NCBI GenBank assembly: GCA_010093995.1
Contig: ML992502.1
Span: 1 to 64,000, forward strand
Length of the DNA stretch: 64,000 nt
From: Elsinoe ampelina
Lineage: Eukaryota
Reading direction: 5' to 3'
Part shown: piece after piece, positions 22,393-34,342 of the stretch
Layout of the letters: each line of letters opens with the position of its first letter
Numbering within the stretch: the first letter of the stretch is position 1
Notes under the pieces: generated by a model
Database searches by the model: none
Told to the model about the DNA's origin: nothing
The model's input: only the letters and a program-made list of their open reading frames with translations
Made by a program: the position numbers and the translations under genes

Positions 22393-24087
22393 ATGGCGTC
22401 AATGCCGCCGCAGCAACCGTCGCAGCGCCGAACGTCGCCAGAGCAGTCATCTTCGTCTTCGTCACAAGCTCAGGACACAAATAGCAGATCAAGATCTGCC
22501 GTCTCCGACGACTCCCAAATGGTCATGCTGAGTACACCCTCTCCAGGCGAAGCACAAGCAGATGGTATAGCAGCGGTGGCGCGACCCACACCAAAAAGGC
22601 AGGACACAGATCTCAAGAAGTGCTGGATATGCTTCGCCGATGAGTCGGAGGACACTCCGGAAACTTCACAATGGCGGTCGCCATGTCCGTGTGCGCTGGT
22701 CGCTCATGAAGAGTGCCTGCTGGACTGGATAGCAGACATGGAAAGTCCTTTGCGGAAGAGATCGATAGCTGCGCCTCAGATTCTGTGCCCGCAGTGCAAG
22801 ACAGAGATACACCTAGCGCGGCCATGGAATCCGCTAGTGGAAGCAGTCAAGGCATTCGAGCGGGTTTCAGCCAAGATGATTACTCCATCAGCGGTCGTGG
22901 TAGGCTTCGAGACGATACGACAAGCTTTTGTGGCACATGGAATGTACACTATTGTTGCTGTGTTCGGTACTGACGACGCGAGGTGGATCCTGCGACCCTT
23001 TCTTTCGTCACGACTGTACGAGATATGGGACTTTGAAGCACGAGCTCAGGAACTGCGAGATCACTGGAGACTTCACCTCGGCCTGCCGCTCATCACACCC
23101 ATGCTCATCCTTTCACGGACCTCGCTGGCGGACTCGGTTTTGCCGGTCCTTCCCATCGTCTTCTTCGCCACGCAAGGCGACGTGGTGGCAGACGCATTCT
23201 CGGAGCCAACCTACTGGCCACCAAGCGCATCACTTACGTTTGCTGTCTTGCCCTATCTGCGTGGCGCCTACAATGCGTACTACCAACGAGTATGGTCTGC
23301 GCATGAGAAGCGGTGGCTGAAAGATATCCAGCCTCGCAACCAGGACCCACAGGATGGTGGAGGTAACGGCGAAGCGAATGAGCAAAACGACGAGGTGGCC
23401 GCGGAGGAAGAGGGTGTCTTTGAGATTCGTGTAGATGGTGACATCTGGGAGGACTGGAATGGCAATGATGGAAATGAAGCACCTATTCCTCCGCCGAACC
23501 CACAGGAAGCAGACAATCGCGCCGCGATTGACGCCATGATCAACGCAGCAGACAATGCAGACAATCCCAATGCCGAGCAAGAAGAGGCACATCCTCTAAA
23601 TGCACCACCTCTCGACGCTGATGCAGGTCCGGATGCTCGCCTGGACGAGCCTCCAGAGCATGTCGATATCCCTCGCAATCCGCCCGCAGCCCCTCAACAA
23701 CAGCCCGCAGCACCTGCGCCGGCTCTCCAGAATGCTGAGCGTCGACTTTCATTCTCTACAACTTTGCTGGCGGAGAATGTGATTGGCGCCCTGCTCTTCC
23801 CTACTATCGCATCCTTGTCGGGCGAGCTTCTTCGTCTGTGCTTACCGACATCATGGACATCGCCTGTGCTTGCACGGACATGGAAGATGGGTCTGGGGAG
23901 GACAAAGACGACGGGCCTCTTGCAGGAGAAATGGGGAAGAAGTGTCGTTGGGGGATGTCTCTTTGTGGTTGTGAAGGATGCAGTGATGCTTTACGTCAGG
24001 TGGAAGATGGCGCAGCAGCATAGGAGGCGGAGAGTATTAGACTACGATCGTAGAAAGGGGAGGGCGACGGCGAGAGGCACAGCCTGA
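22393..24087 (+). CDS. RING-CH (RINGv) membrane E3 ligase, MARCH5-like
   Basis: C4HC3 pattern CWIC..CPC..HEEC..CPQC followed by hydrophobic segments; C-terminal RSVVGGCLFVVVKD. Confidence 0.85.
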   Translation: MASMPPQQPSQRRTSPEQSSSSSSQAQDTNSRSRSAVSDDSQMVMLSTPSPGEAQADGIAAVARPTPKRQDTDLKKCWICFADESEDTPETSQWRSPCPCALVAHEECLLDWIADMESPLRKRSIAAPQILCPQCKTEIHLARPWNPLVEAVKAFERVSAKMITPSAVVVGFETIRQAFVAHGMYTIVAVFGTDDARWILRPFLSSRLYEIWDFEARAQELRDHWRLHLGLPLITPMLILSRTSLADSVLPVLPIVFFATQGDVVADAFSEPTYWPPSASLTFAVLPYLRGAYNAYYQRVWSAHEKRWLKDIQPRNQDPQDGGGNGEANEQNDEVAAEEEGVFEIRVDGDIWEDWNGNDGNEAPIPPPNPQEADNRAAIDAMINAADNADNPNAEQEEAHPLNAPPLDADAGPDARLDEPPEHVDIPRNPPAAPQQQPAAPAPALQNAERRLSFSTTLLAENVIGALLFPTIASLSGELLRLCLPTSWTSPVLARTWKMGLGRTKTTGLLQEKWGRSVVGGCLFVVVKDAVMLYVRWKMAQQHRRRRVLDYDRRKGRATARGTA

Positions 24088-24269
24088 TCTTCGAGCAAGG
24101 TCGAGGGCTCCTTTATATCTTGGAGCAGACCTTCTGTGCGAGCGCAATCATTGAGCGAGGCGTTCTGGGCCGTGATGAAACGAAACGACAGCGTGTATGT
24201 AGCATAAATATACGATTGATAGATTCCTCATTGACAAGGAACGCTATATACATGTCAGTCCTGCCATCT

Positions 24270-25294
24270 CTACGCCTTCAACCTCGCTCCCTGCAAGTCC
24301 TCCTTTGCGTCCTTGACCAAGAAGTTGTACCACCAAATCGTCGGTCCAACTGTCCCCAAATGCCACAGTGAATGCGCATCCACCATGCCCCAAAATGGCG
24401 GAAAGTCAAACAGTTCCAGACTCATCGCCAGTATGATCCAAGCAACAATCAACCCCGGCCAAATCGCCCACAACCTCCCAATCCTCCTATACCTCTGCAC
24501 CGAAAACCACGTCCACAACAAATTCGACAAGACGCCCACACAAACATTCGCCGCCATATTATACGTATAATCAAACCTCCACAGTCCCAAGTATCCCACA
24601 TGCGCCACATATAATCCCGCACACAATATCGTCCAAACCCTCAACACACTCTGCCTCCTCCTACTCCCCTCATCCTCCAACCGAAAGATCCTGATCGGGG
24701 TATAATACAACCCATACATCACACTCGCCCCTGCAGCGAAATAATCCACCTTCTCCGTGACCCCAAAATCCCTGGTATGAAACACCATGCTCGCCACCCA
24801 GCTCACCATGCCGAAATAGCCGAACCCCAAGTAAAACTTCCTCAGCGCGTACGAAGGAGGGATGTGGGTCTTCAGCTGCCCGATGCCCCATGTGTGCGCG
24901 AGGTAGTTGAGGAGCGAGAAGAGGACGGAGAAAGGTTCTTGCATGCCTAGGAAGCGGTGGAAAGGCCATTTGCCGTGGTATTGCAGGATGGGGTCGAGGT
25001 AGGGGGGGTCGCGGGCGAGGCGGGAGTGCGTGGTGATGTGTTGGCATGTGTAGTCGCATTCGGAGGGGCAGGTCCAGAGGAGAAGACGGCGGTGGAGGGC
25101 TGGGAGGTTAGTGGGTGGTAGACAGCAGAGGGAGAGGGGGCAGAGGTACGGATGGGAGGCCCAGAGGGGCCGCAGTTGGTGAGGTGGCAGTCTTCAAGGC
25201 ATTGTTTGAATTCCGGGAGGCGGTCGCCTAATGATGCTGAGGCAATGGTGAAGAGAAGGGACGCAGCGAGAGCTGCGTACAGCGCGTGTCGCAT
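24270..25294 (-). CDS. PER1: Per1-like GPI lipid-remodelling protein, 2 exons
   Basis: Signal peptide then ASLGDRLPEFKQC, intron 25149-25100, LLLWTCPSECDYTCQH, QEPFSVLFS, FHTRDF..TEKVDY, LELFDFPP..DAHSLWH. Confidence 0.93.
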
Positions 25295-25678
25295 GATAGC
25301 ATGGTGGCAAGTTTCGAGGGAAAGCTGATTGTTGGTTTGGAGATGCGGAGCTCTGGTGTCAAGTCTTGGCAGGGGATTGCGCGGGAAGAGGCGTGCAGGG
25401 GCAGGTGGTCAACTGGACCAACGGACGCCTTATTGGCAATGGCACAGGTACACATGTGTTCGCAAGCGAGAGGATGCATGAGGTATCTACTCAGACTGCG
25501 TGGTGAAACTAGTCTCGCTAGCACCGTCCCACGTCTCATCCTCGTCGGTCAGACGCCTCATATTCCGTAACAGTCCCAGCACCCAACTCCCTGTTGAGAC
25601 TTCCGATTCGTTGTCCTCTTCCGTCCCTTTCACGCCATCCCTATCATGACCACGACTCTCCACCTCCAGCGATCTCGG

Positions 25679-28600
25679 CTAGAAACCACCTTGGCTTGCT
25701 AGACCACCGATGCTGCCGAATGCTCTGGGTCCTCCACCGAAAGCAGGTACACTGTTTCCAGGAATAGGACTGCCAATTTCTCCCAATGCGTTCCCAGACG
25801 GACGACCAGATGCAGGCGTAGCATTGTCTGGCTCGTAGCGAATGGCGAAATTCGGACCGGAGCGGCGGACGTGCAAAAGCCCCCCTCCATTTTGGCCATC
25901 ACCTTCGGTCTCGCAGATCTCCTCGACTTCTTTGAGAGACGGCGGCGCATCGAGTGAGCCTTCGCGAGCAATCTGCTGGATAACCACCGAGACATCGTGA
26001 TAGTCGTTGCCTGGACTCGACAAATGGCGGCATGCGTTGCAAACGGCGACGCGGACAGCTCGTGGACGATTTGCAATCGAAGGGCGATGTGCAGTGTTGA
26101 TGGGTCCAAAGCCACCACTTGACCATGAGGCGCCACCGAGAGGGCCACCCCAGTTTGGTGTAGAGAGACCAGATCCTGGCGGCCCGAATGCATTCGGAGA
26201 AGGTGACGGCCAATTCCCTGGGGGTGCACCGAACGACCCGGGCGCGTTGGTGAAGAGAGGCGAGTTGAAGCCCATGTGAGGTCTAGGCGCACCCATAGGA
26301 TTACTCGTCCTGCGAAGCTCGGCTGCTGGTGGCAACGGCTCGTCGGCATCGTCCAGGAGCGCACGACTCCCGAGATGCTTATTCAAGTCGTCCAGCTCAC
26401 TGGGATCGTGCTCCGCGGATGGTCTCACACTGGAAGGACGTTGGATGGGAGCTGGACGTGAAATCGGTTGAGCATGTGCAGGCGGTGACATGTCGTGGTC
26501 CGCACTGGCTGAGTGCTGTCGTGAATGACTGCCGGGAGCTCGAGGTGCGCCCATGCCGGGCGCAGCATGCGAACCAAGACCAGGGACCTGGGCTTGAAAG
26601 CCTGGCGGAGCATCACCTGGAAAGCCTCTTCCTTGTGACATCGGACCAAAGCCATTCACACCTGGTGGTGGCACAGGGCCAGGTGGAAATCCACGGAAGG
26701 GCCCGCCTGGAGGGCCTTGCTGTGGAAACGACGGACCTGGTCGTTGATGTCCAGGAGCAGGGTGGCCTCCGAATGGTGGGAAGCCCATGTTCCCGAACCC
26801 TCCCTGGAATTGTGGAGGGTGAACGCCAGGTGGCGGACCTTGATGGGAAGCTGGTTGCGGCAGAGAAACATTGGGTCTCTGCTTGTTGGGGTTCTGCAGG
26901 ATTGTCCTGGGCAATGTCTGGGGGCCGTCTTGTGTCGCAGGAGGGCTCTTCGACCTGGTCTGAACAGCTGGCAGTGTTGTCCCTTTCGGCGACGTGTGCG
27001 ACTCCTGCTCTGAACTCTGTCTCGGTCGTACGCCAGGAGTGGCAGTTTTTGGTAGTGCAGGCGTCGCGATCGGGATGTGCGGCGACGATACACCAGACGT
27101 CGACTTCTGGGTGATGAGTCCAGGTGGGACCGCTATTTGGCTGGGCTGAGAAGGTCGCTTCAGGATCTGGGATGGTTGAGGCGTTGACTTCTTGTCCGGC
27201 TTGCTTTCGCGATCGGTCTTCTCCCTCAGCTCCTGCTCTCGCTTGAGCTTCTCACCCAAGACCTTTTGCTCTCGAGCAGTTTTCTCCTCAGCCTCGCGCT
27301 GCTCTCGCTCCTTCTTCTTCGCCTCCTCTCGTGAACGCTTTTCGGCCGCTTTCTGTTCACGGGCCTTACGATCGATCTCCAGCTGTCGTTCACGCTCCTC
27401 GTTGATGCGTTTCTGACGATCTGCCTCCTTGCGTGCTTTCTCTTCTTCCTGCTGACGCTTTTGCTCTTCCTTCTTACGCTTTAGCTCGTCTTTCTTCTTC
27501 CTGTTCTCCTCCTGTTTCTGACGCTCAGCTTCCGCCGCGGCATCCAGTCGAGCCTTCTCTTCAGCGTCCCTTTTAGCCTTCTCTTCCTGCTTGGCTTGCT
27601 TCTGGGCCTGCTTCTTGTTCTTCTTCTTCTCTGCATTCTTGGCCTTCTGAGCATCCTTCTGATTCTTCATCTTGTCTTCCTCCTCGAGCTCTTCCAAGAG
27701 TCGGGCTTGGCGTTCGGCGGCGACCTTTTCTCGATATGCTGTGAGAACACGCTGCTCGAACATACGAGCAGCAAAGATCTGAAACATCCTTCTGCCTTCC
27801 TCCATGCGCTGTTCCTCGGTCATACCACCCTGCGAGATCTTGTCAGCCCTCATGCTCGCCGCCGAAAGGGAATCGCTGACCATCTCATCCTCTTCCTCTT
27901 CGTCGTCATATTCGTCTTGACTGTCGTAGTCCTCTTCCTCGTCGTAATCATCTTCGTCTTCGAGAGGGCCGTCGTCGGGATGTTTTGGTTGATGTGACTG
28001 GTACTGGACCTCCTGTTGGCGTTGCAATCTGCGCTCTGCCAGCTGCTCCATCATGTCGATAAACCTTCGACCATCGTTTTTGAGGAGATCATCCGCGACA
28101 GTGAGGATGCCGTCTGGAAGATTGTTCAGCCTCCCGTGCAAATGCGTCAGCATATCAGTAATGAAGCTCCCACCTTTGACCTGCAAGTTCTGACCAAAGT
28201 CAAAGAAGCCTGACCCCATGCCCGGTGGAATATCGTCATCGTACTCGTCCTCGTCGCTGTAGATCTCCTCCTCATCACTGTAGACCTCCTCATCTTCTTC
28301 GTCACTGTAAGGCTGATCTTCATCAATGATTTCCTGTACGCGGCTTGTCCTGTGATGATGTGGCATTTGACCAGTGTTGAGCGGGCGCGGGGGCAGCGTG
28401 TGCGCAGGCGGATGCGGAAGCGGGGCACGACCAGTGTCGAGCATAGTCTGACCAAGATCTTCTGGACGATTTGCATACTGCGCAAGCTCTTCGTAGTAGG
28501 CGTCGTAGAGAACTTCAAGCTCCTCCTCAATCGCGATGCGTTTACGACCACACACGGTGCAGCTGCATGAGTGTTTTTGCTGCTCTTTCATCTTGGCAAG

Positions 28601-29179
28601 GACAGCATTCTTCTCAATTTTGAGCAGATCCTTGCGGCTGTCTTCGCTCAGCGATAACCAGAACTCCTTGATGCGCTCACGCTCCTCTTGGGTGGAGGTG
28701 TTCCAGATGCTGTCCTGCTTGTTGTTCTTCCCGCGCTGCGAAGGCATTGTCGGTGGCGGAGGTGGCATGGTCATGCTATGGTGGTAATCGGACGGCTGTG
28801 AATGACCTGTCTGTGATTTACTCTTCCTCTTCTTCTTCTTGTTCTTGGATGATGGAGGTGAATGTGCGTGAGAACGGTCGACAGGGTGCTGATAGTGCCT
28901 GTCATACGCTAGAGGATCCTCGTCTTCTTCGCTGGAATAATCGTATTGGTCATCATAGGCATCCGGCGGGTATGAATTGGAATGATATTCGCTGTCTGGT
29001 GGGGAGTAGGCAGACTGTACAGACTGTCCACCGTTGACATGGGGCACAGCAGGCGCATGTGTATGCGGAGTATCCGTCTGTCGTGAGGCAAGCTTCGCCC
29101 GTCTCTTCTGCTTCTTGCGGTTGCCTCCAACTCGTGCGGTAAGAACGCCATTGGGCTGAGGTGGTGCTTGCTGCGACAT
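25679..29179 (-). CDS. NST1: Stress response protein Nst1
   Basis: IWNTSTQEERERIKEFW, HSCSCTVCGRKR, GILTVADDLLKNDG, EEGRRMFQIFAARMFEQRVL and a coiled coil. Two in-frame introns are predicted (28173-28114, 27880-27830). Confidence 0.93.
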   Translation of the reverse strand: MSQQAPPQPNGVLTARVGGNRKKQKRRAKLASRQTDTPHTHAPAVPHVNGGQSVQSAYSPPDSEYHSNSYPPDAYDDQYDYSSEEDEDPLAYDRHYQHPVDRSHAHSPPSSKNKKKKRKSKSQTGHSQPSDYHHSMTMPPPPPTMPSQRGKNNKQDSIWNTSTQEERERIKEFWLSLSEDSRKDLLKIEKNAVLAKMKEQQKHSCSCTVCGRKRIAIEEELEVLYDAYYEELAQYANRPEDLGQTMLDTGRAPLPHPPAHTLPPRPLNTGQMPHHHRTSRVQEIIDEDQPYSDEEDEEVYSDEEEIYSDEDEYDDDIPPGMGSGFFDFGQNLQVKGGSFITDMLTHLHGRLNNLPDGILTVADDLLKNDGRRFIDMMEQLAERRLQRQQEVQYQSHQPKHPDDGPLEDEDDYDEEEDYDSQDEYDDEEEEDEMVSDSLSAASMRADKISQGGMTEEQRMEEGRRMFQIFAARMFEQRVLTAYREKVAAERQARLLEELEEEDKMKNQKDAQKAKNAEKKKNKKQAQKQAKQEEKAKRDAEEKARLDAAAEAERQKQEENRKKKDELKRKKEEQKRQQEEEKARKEADRQKRINEERERQLEIDRKAREQKAAEKRSREEAKKKEREQREAEEKTAREQKVLGEKLKREQELREKTDRESKPDKKSTPQPSQILKRPSQPSQIAVPPGLITQKSTSGVSSPHIPIATPALPKTATPGVRPRQSSEQESHTSPKGTTLPAVQTRSKSPPATQDGPQTLPRTILQNPNKQRPNVSLPQPASHQGPPPGVHPPQFQGGFGNMGFPPFGGHPAPGHQRPGPSFPQQGPPGGPFRGFPPGPVPPPGVNGFGPMSQGRGFPGDAPPGFQAQVPGLGSHAAPGMGAPRAPGSHSRQHSASADHDMSPPAHAQPISRPAPIQRPSSVRPSAEHDPSELDDLNKHLGSRALLDDADEPLPPAAELRRTSNPMGAPRPHMGFNSPLFTNAPGSFGAPPGNWPSPSPNAFGPPGSGLSTPNWGGPLGGASWSSGGFGPINTAHRPSIANRPRAVRVAVCNACRHLSSPGNDYHDVSVVIQQIAREGSLDAPPSLKEVEEICETEGDGQNGGGLLHVRRSGPNFAIRYEPDNATPASGRPSGNALGEIGSPIPGNSVPAFGGGPRAFGSIGGLASQGGF

Positions 29180-30088
29180 GTTGAAAAGGCCAGTCGCTCA
29201 CAGCACTACCACATTCAAAAGCCCAACGAGTGTCCTACGTGCTTCGCATGGATGAGTTTGTCAGCGCCCGGGAGGTGTAGAGCTGTGATTATGCCGTTTG
29301 AGGTTGCCCCTCCGGAATGGGTCTGACGTCGCAAAAGCTGAGTGTGCCAGGCGGCCAAGGGATGCGGCGTGCGTGGAGAATAGACAGTCCCGAGCGCGAG
29401 GTGTTGCCGGAAGGCTTGAATGTGCTGATTGATCGTTGCGTCCGCTGTGACCTTGTCTGTAGCCTTGATCGGGTTGAAATTTTGGGCTTCGCATGAGGTG
29501 GAAGGTCACAGTCAAACACTACCTGCAATGGCCAGCGGGAAGAGCCGCACGGCGTGAGAGCCTTTGAGAGTTCGAAGTGACAACGCCAAGGCCGGCCGCA
29601 GCTGGATGTGGCTCCATCTTGAACTTCTCCAATGGGATCCATCCATGCTTCCTTTCGACTTTTCCACCACTCTCGAGCTGCAGTCCGCTCCCCGACACGA
29701 CAATATACACCCTTGCAACGTGGACAGCAAACTTGAACATCACCGGGGCCAAATCATTCTTCTCAGATCGCCTATCCCAACTGCTGGCCAACCTCGTCCA
29801 AGTGAGACCCATTCATCTCCGGACCGCCGATCATTCGAGAGGGATTATTGCCTCCCGTCCTGGTCTTGCTCAATCGCCTTTGGAACTTTCTCCGGACAAA
29901 GCCAGTCTGCCTGCAGACTCGTAGCTGCCCATCGATCCGACGTCATCGTCCGTGACTCGAACAGCTCGTCGGCAATTGCCAAGAAAGAGATAGCGGATCC
30001 ACCTTCGAGAGACCGATTCCGAGTAAAAGGCTGAGGCAGGTTCGAGGACACACGCAGAGGAAAAACGCCTCTTCAGCCTGCATCGAGC

Positions 30089-30793
30089 ATGGCGCAACAA
30101 GACCAGGGTGTCATGCGGAGGTATGCTGTAAAAAAACAGTCCGTCTGCCACAGACGTCAGTATTGACATGTCATAGAAAGCTGGTCATAATCGGAGATGG
30201 CGCCTGCGGCAAGACGAGTTTGCTGAGTGTCTTCACTCTCGGCTACTTTCCTACGGTCAGTTTACCGGACCCATGAACTTCATGTATGCTTACGTTCATT
30301 GCAGCGGTATGTGCCGACAGTGTTTGAGAACTATGTCACGGATTGTCGTGTAGATGGAAAATCTGTCCAACTAGCGCTCTGGGATACCGCAGGTCAAGAG
30401 GACTATGAACGACTCCGACCACTGGCATACTCGCAAGCACATGTCATTCTTATTGGCTTCAGTGTCGACACTCCGGACTCGCTGGAGAACGTCAAGACGA
30501 AATGGGCAGCCGAAGCGCAGGAACGATGCCCCGGTGTGCCAATTATTCTTGTCGGTCTCAAGAAAGACCTACGGGACGACCCACTGGCACAGGAAGAAAT
30601 GCGAAAGCGCAGTCAGAAGTTCACCATGCCTCGTGCTGGAGACCAGATGAAGGAGGAGATCGGAGCACGAAAGTACCTCGAGTGCAGTTCACTCACAGGT
30701 GATGGCGTCGATGACGTGTTTGAGGCAGCTACCCGAGCAGCCCTGCTGGCGGTTGACAAGAGGGAAAGTGGAGGGTGTTGCATCATTCTCTGA
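30089..30793 (+). CDS. RHO2: Rho-family GTPase Rho2, 3 exons
   Basis: Introns 30121-30176 and 30256-30304. [50 protein letters not shown]-terminal CCIIL CAAX box. Confidence 0.93.
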
Positions 30794-31363
30794 TATCATT
30801 TTACTCTGGAGCGTTCTTGCAAGCATCTCACTCAGCAGCATTGTAATTGGCGTTTGAGCAGCATTCGGGCGGCGGAAATCAGCAGGCTGATTCTCGGTCA
30901 AGGAGAAACGACGAAAAGCAAGTTACATAGCTGGCAGTCATGATACCAGAGACTGGTAGTAATATGTGGGTATCATAGCGTGCCCACCTCCCTTCATTAC
31001 GACTAAACGACACTTCTCATAGCTAGACACGACGCAGAATATGAGCACCGGTCAAGATGGTACACCTCGTCGATGTTTCTCGGAAGCAACCAGATGCGAT
31101 AAATGTCATTGAACTTGTCCGTATGTGCGAACGTGATGTACAATTGAATGTTGCTACACGAGCGACTACGGTCGCCTCAGCTATCGTGAACGTACCACTG
31201 GCTCTGCAGGTCCTGTCATCTCGTCCTCATTGCGAAACTCCTCTTCCTTTCTTGAATCGATCACGCCAAGCATCCTCTCGCCTTTCATTTCTATTCAGTC
31301 CCACATCGATAGAATTGCACCTGTCCGTCCCCGTCCTCGAAGATATTGATCATCTCAATCACC

Positions 31364-31383
31364 ACCTCACCTCACCTCACCTC
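31364..31383. repeat. (ACCTC)4 microsatellite overlapping the MRPL28 stop codon
   Basis: Four perfect 5-bp copies read directly. Confidence 0.8.
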
Positions 31384-31963
31384 GTCCACCCATGATTCCA
31401 CCCATCTCTAGGCGGCGTATGCGTTTGTATCCTGGCATACTCAATCGGTACCCCATCCCACACTCCCTTCTTCAGCATCGCAATCCTATACAACCTTCCC
31501 ACATCTTTCGACTTTGACACATCGACCGATTTCTCGTCCACCCTCAATCCGTTCCCGTCCATCAGCCGTAACGCCTCGGAAGCGTCGCGCATGCTACACC
31601 ATTGTCGCTCGAGCTCGAGTTCGCGCTTTTGTCGGGTCTTGAGCTGGAAGAGTTGCCAGGCGCGGTGGATGGTCCAGTGGCGGAGGTAGCGATTTCGGCT
31701 GAAGCGGAGGGGGCGGGGAGTGAGAGGGTGTTGGAGGAAGTAGCGTATTAATGCTGTCTAGCGTAAGTCCATGTCCTATGTGCCTGCGGTATCTACGAGT
31801 GCATACTGATTCGTCTATCAAGCTTTGGCTTCTGCTTCTTGCGCGCCTCGAGGACTTGGGTTGTGGAGAACGGGGATTGTTGCGTTCTTTGGAAGGCGCA
31901 CGCTAACGATACCAAAGGAGAATGGGTCTGTAAGACCGGCCGTAATCGTATGGGTAGCAACAT
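31377..31963 (-). CDS. MRPL28: Mitochondrial ribosomal protein mL40 (MRP-L28 family), 2 exons
   Basis: ATG 31963 with an Arg/Leu-rich presequence. Intron 31806-31754 (GTATGC..CAG) gives RPLRFSRNRYLRHWTIHRAWQLF...SMRDASEAL...GVPIEYARIQTHTPPRDGWNHGW. Only the tail appears in the ORF track. Confidence 0.85.
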
Positions 31964-32517
31964 TGTGATGTGGTGTGACTAGGCGTGAATAATGGCTAGA
32001 CATTCAAGCTGCTCCAACACATTTGAGGTAGGTCGGCAACAGTTTTTGGCAACCATTGGTCCGTGTCAAGCTTTTTCTGGAACGTGGGCGATCATGCGGC
32101 TGAGGAGCTGTCTTTCGACATGTGGATGCAAACGCAGAATCTCATCCATACTGTGATTAGAAGATCTATTGCTACTCCATCGACCGGCATCTTAGGCAGA
32201 AGAGAGGGGGTGATATACAACGTACACCAATTATCAATTGCAGAGCGGTGGAAGTTGCAGACATCTCTCAGAGCCACCGTGAGAACACGAGCGTCATGAC
32301 CGTGCTAGTCTCGATTTAGCAGTTCTTGTGCACATCTCCGTCTTTCCGCAAGCACTAAAATTAGAGGACCTTTTCGTTCGTCGCTTGTTTCGCACACGTT
32401 CAATCTCCTATCGACAGCAGTTCATCCACCACTTTCTCCTTGTGTCTCATTGCATCTGTCCCGCCGTCGACATCAATTGCACTTGAGATTGATCACAAGA
32501 AAATCCTTGACTGAATC

Positions 32518-34342
32518 ATGTCTTCTGCAGATTCGATCAAGGCTGGCTCGGCCAAACATCCGGTTCCTGCTGAGCTTCTGGGCAAATACCAATATGGCAC
32601 TGCAGGGGTATGTACTTTCAATTCCGATGAGAGCAAAAGCTGATACGACGTAGTTCCGGACGAAAGCGTACGTTGTACATCAATGTAGCGAGAGATATAC
32701 TGACTCGGATCAGTGACCGCCTTGATTCGGTGGCCTTTCGTGTCGGTCTTCTTGCTGCCCTTCGCTCTCGACACATGTCTGGCAGGACCATTGGTGTGAT
32801 GATCACTGCCAGCCATAATCCGCCGCAAGACAATGGAGTCAAGATCGTTGATCCCTACGTATGACAACTTCCTGCGATTCTACGCTCTTCGCTAAACATG
32901 TATTCCAGGGAGACATGCTGGTATCGGATTGGGAACCCTTTGCCACACAGCTAGCAAACGCCAAGAGCGATGATGAAGTGTTCTCGGTGTACGAGAAGAT
33001 CGCCAAAGATAACAACATTCAACTCGACAAGCCCGCAAACGTTGTCTTTGCACGGGACACTCGTGCTTCAGGCTCTCGCCTCGTAGAGTGTCTAGTCGAC
33101 GGTCTGAAAGCGGTCAACTCCAAGTACACTGACTTCAAGATTGCAACAACTCCGCAGCTTCACTACTACACACTCTGCATCAATACGGACAAGACTGAGA
33201 ACTCATATGGCGAACCGTCCGAGCAAGGCTATTACAAGAAGCTGTCAGCTGCTTTCAAGCAAGTCATGTCTGGCGTGAACCCTCAGGGAAGCGTCATCGT
33301 TGACTGCGCCAACGGTGTTGGAGGACCCAAGCTTCGCGAACTTATCAAGCATCTTCCTCAGAATCTTCTCAAGATCGATGTTGTCAATGATGACGTCCAC
33401 AAGCCCGAGAGTCTCAACCACCAGGTAAGTCACCTGTCGAAGCAAGCCGGGTACAGCTGACATAGCTAGTGTGGTGCCGACTATGTCAAGACCCGACAAG
33501 CTGCTCCTCCCTCATCGAAGGCTTCGCCTAATCAGCGTTGCTGCTCCCTTGATGGTGATGCCGACAGAATTGTTTACTACTATGTGGACGATAAGAACAC
33601 TTTCCATCTATTGGATGGCGATCGCATTGCTACCCTCGCCGCATCCTTCATCGGTGAAGTCGCGAAGAAGGCCGGGATCGGAGAGAAGCTCGACATTGGT
33701 GTTGTACAGACCGCCTACGCCAACGGCGCTGCAACAACATATGTCGAGAAGACTCTCAAGCTGAAGCTCCAGACGACAAACACTGGTGTCAAGCATTTGC
33801 ACCACGCTGCACACCGTCATGATGTTGGTGTTTACTTCGAGGCGAACGGCCACGGCACCGTCCTCTTCAGCGAGAACTTTCACCGCATCTTGGCGAACCA
33901 CGAGCCTGCTTCACCTGCTCAACAGGATGCACGAGATATTCTGCTTGGTCTTACTGATCTGATCAATCAGACTACCGGTGATGCCCTCTCTGATATGTTG
34001 CTGGTCGAGACTGTACTTGCTCACAAGGGCTGGACGTGCGCAGACTGGTTCAATACCTACCATGACTTGCCCAACATTCTCGCTCGCGTCGAGGTCCCGG
34101 ACCGCAATCTATTCAAGACTGTCGAAGGCACTGCTGAGCGCAAGCTGGCGTCCCCAAGTGGTCTCCAAGAGGTCATCGACGGGCTCGTCGTCAAGTACAC
34201 GGACGCTCGCAGCTTCGTGAGGGCTTCTGGCACCGAAGACGCCGTCAGAGTGTACGCGGAAGCCCGGACGAAGGCTGAAGCTGAAGATTTGTGCAAGGCG
34301 GTGGAGGGGGCTGTGCGTCGTTTCGGAGGCAACCAGAAGTAA
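32518..34342 (+). CDS. PCM1: Phosphoacetylglucosamine mutase, 5 exons
   Basis: [46 protein letters not shown]. Introns 32608-32653, 32668-32713, 32859-32908, 33425-33469. Confidence 0.95.
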
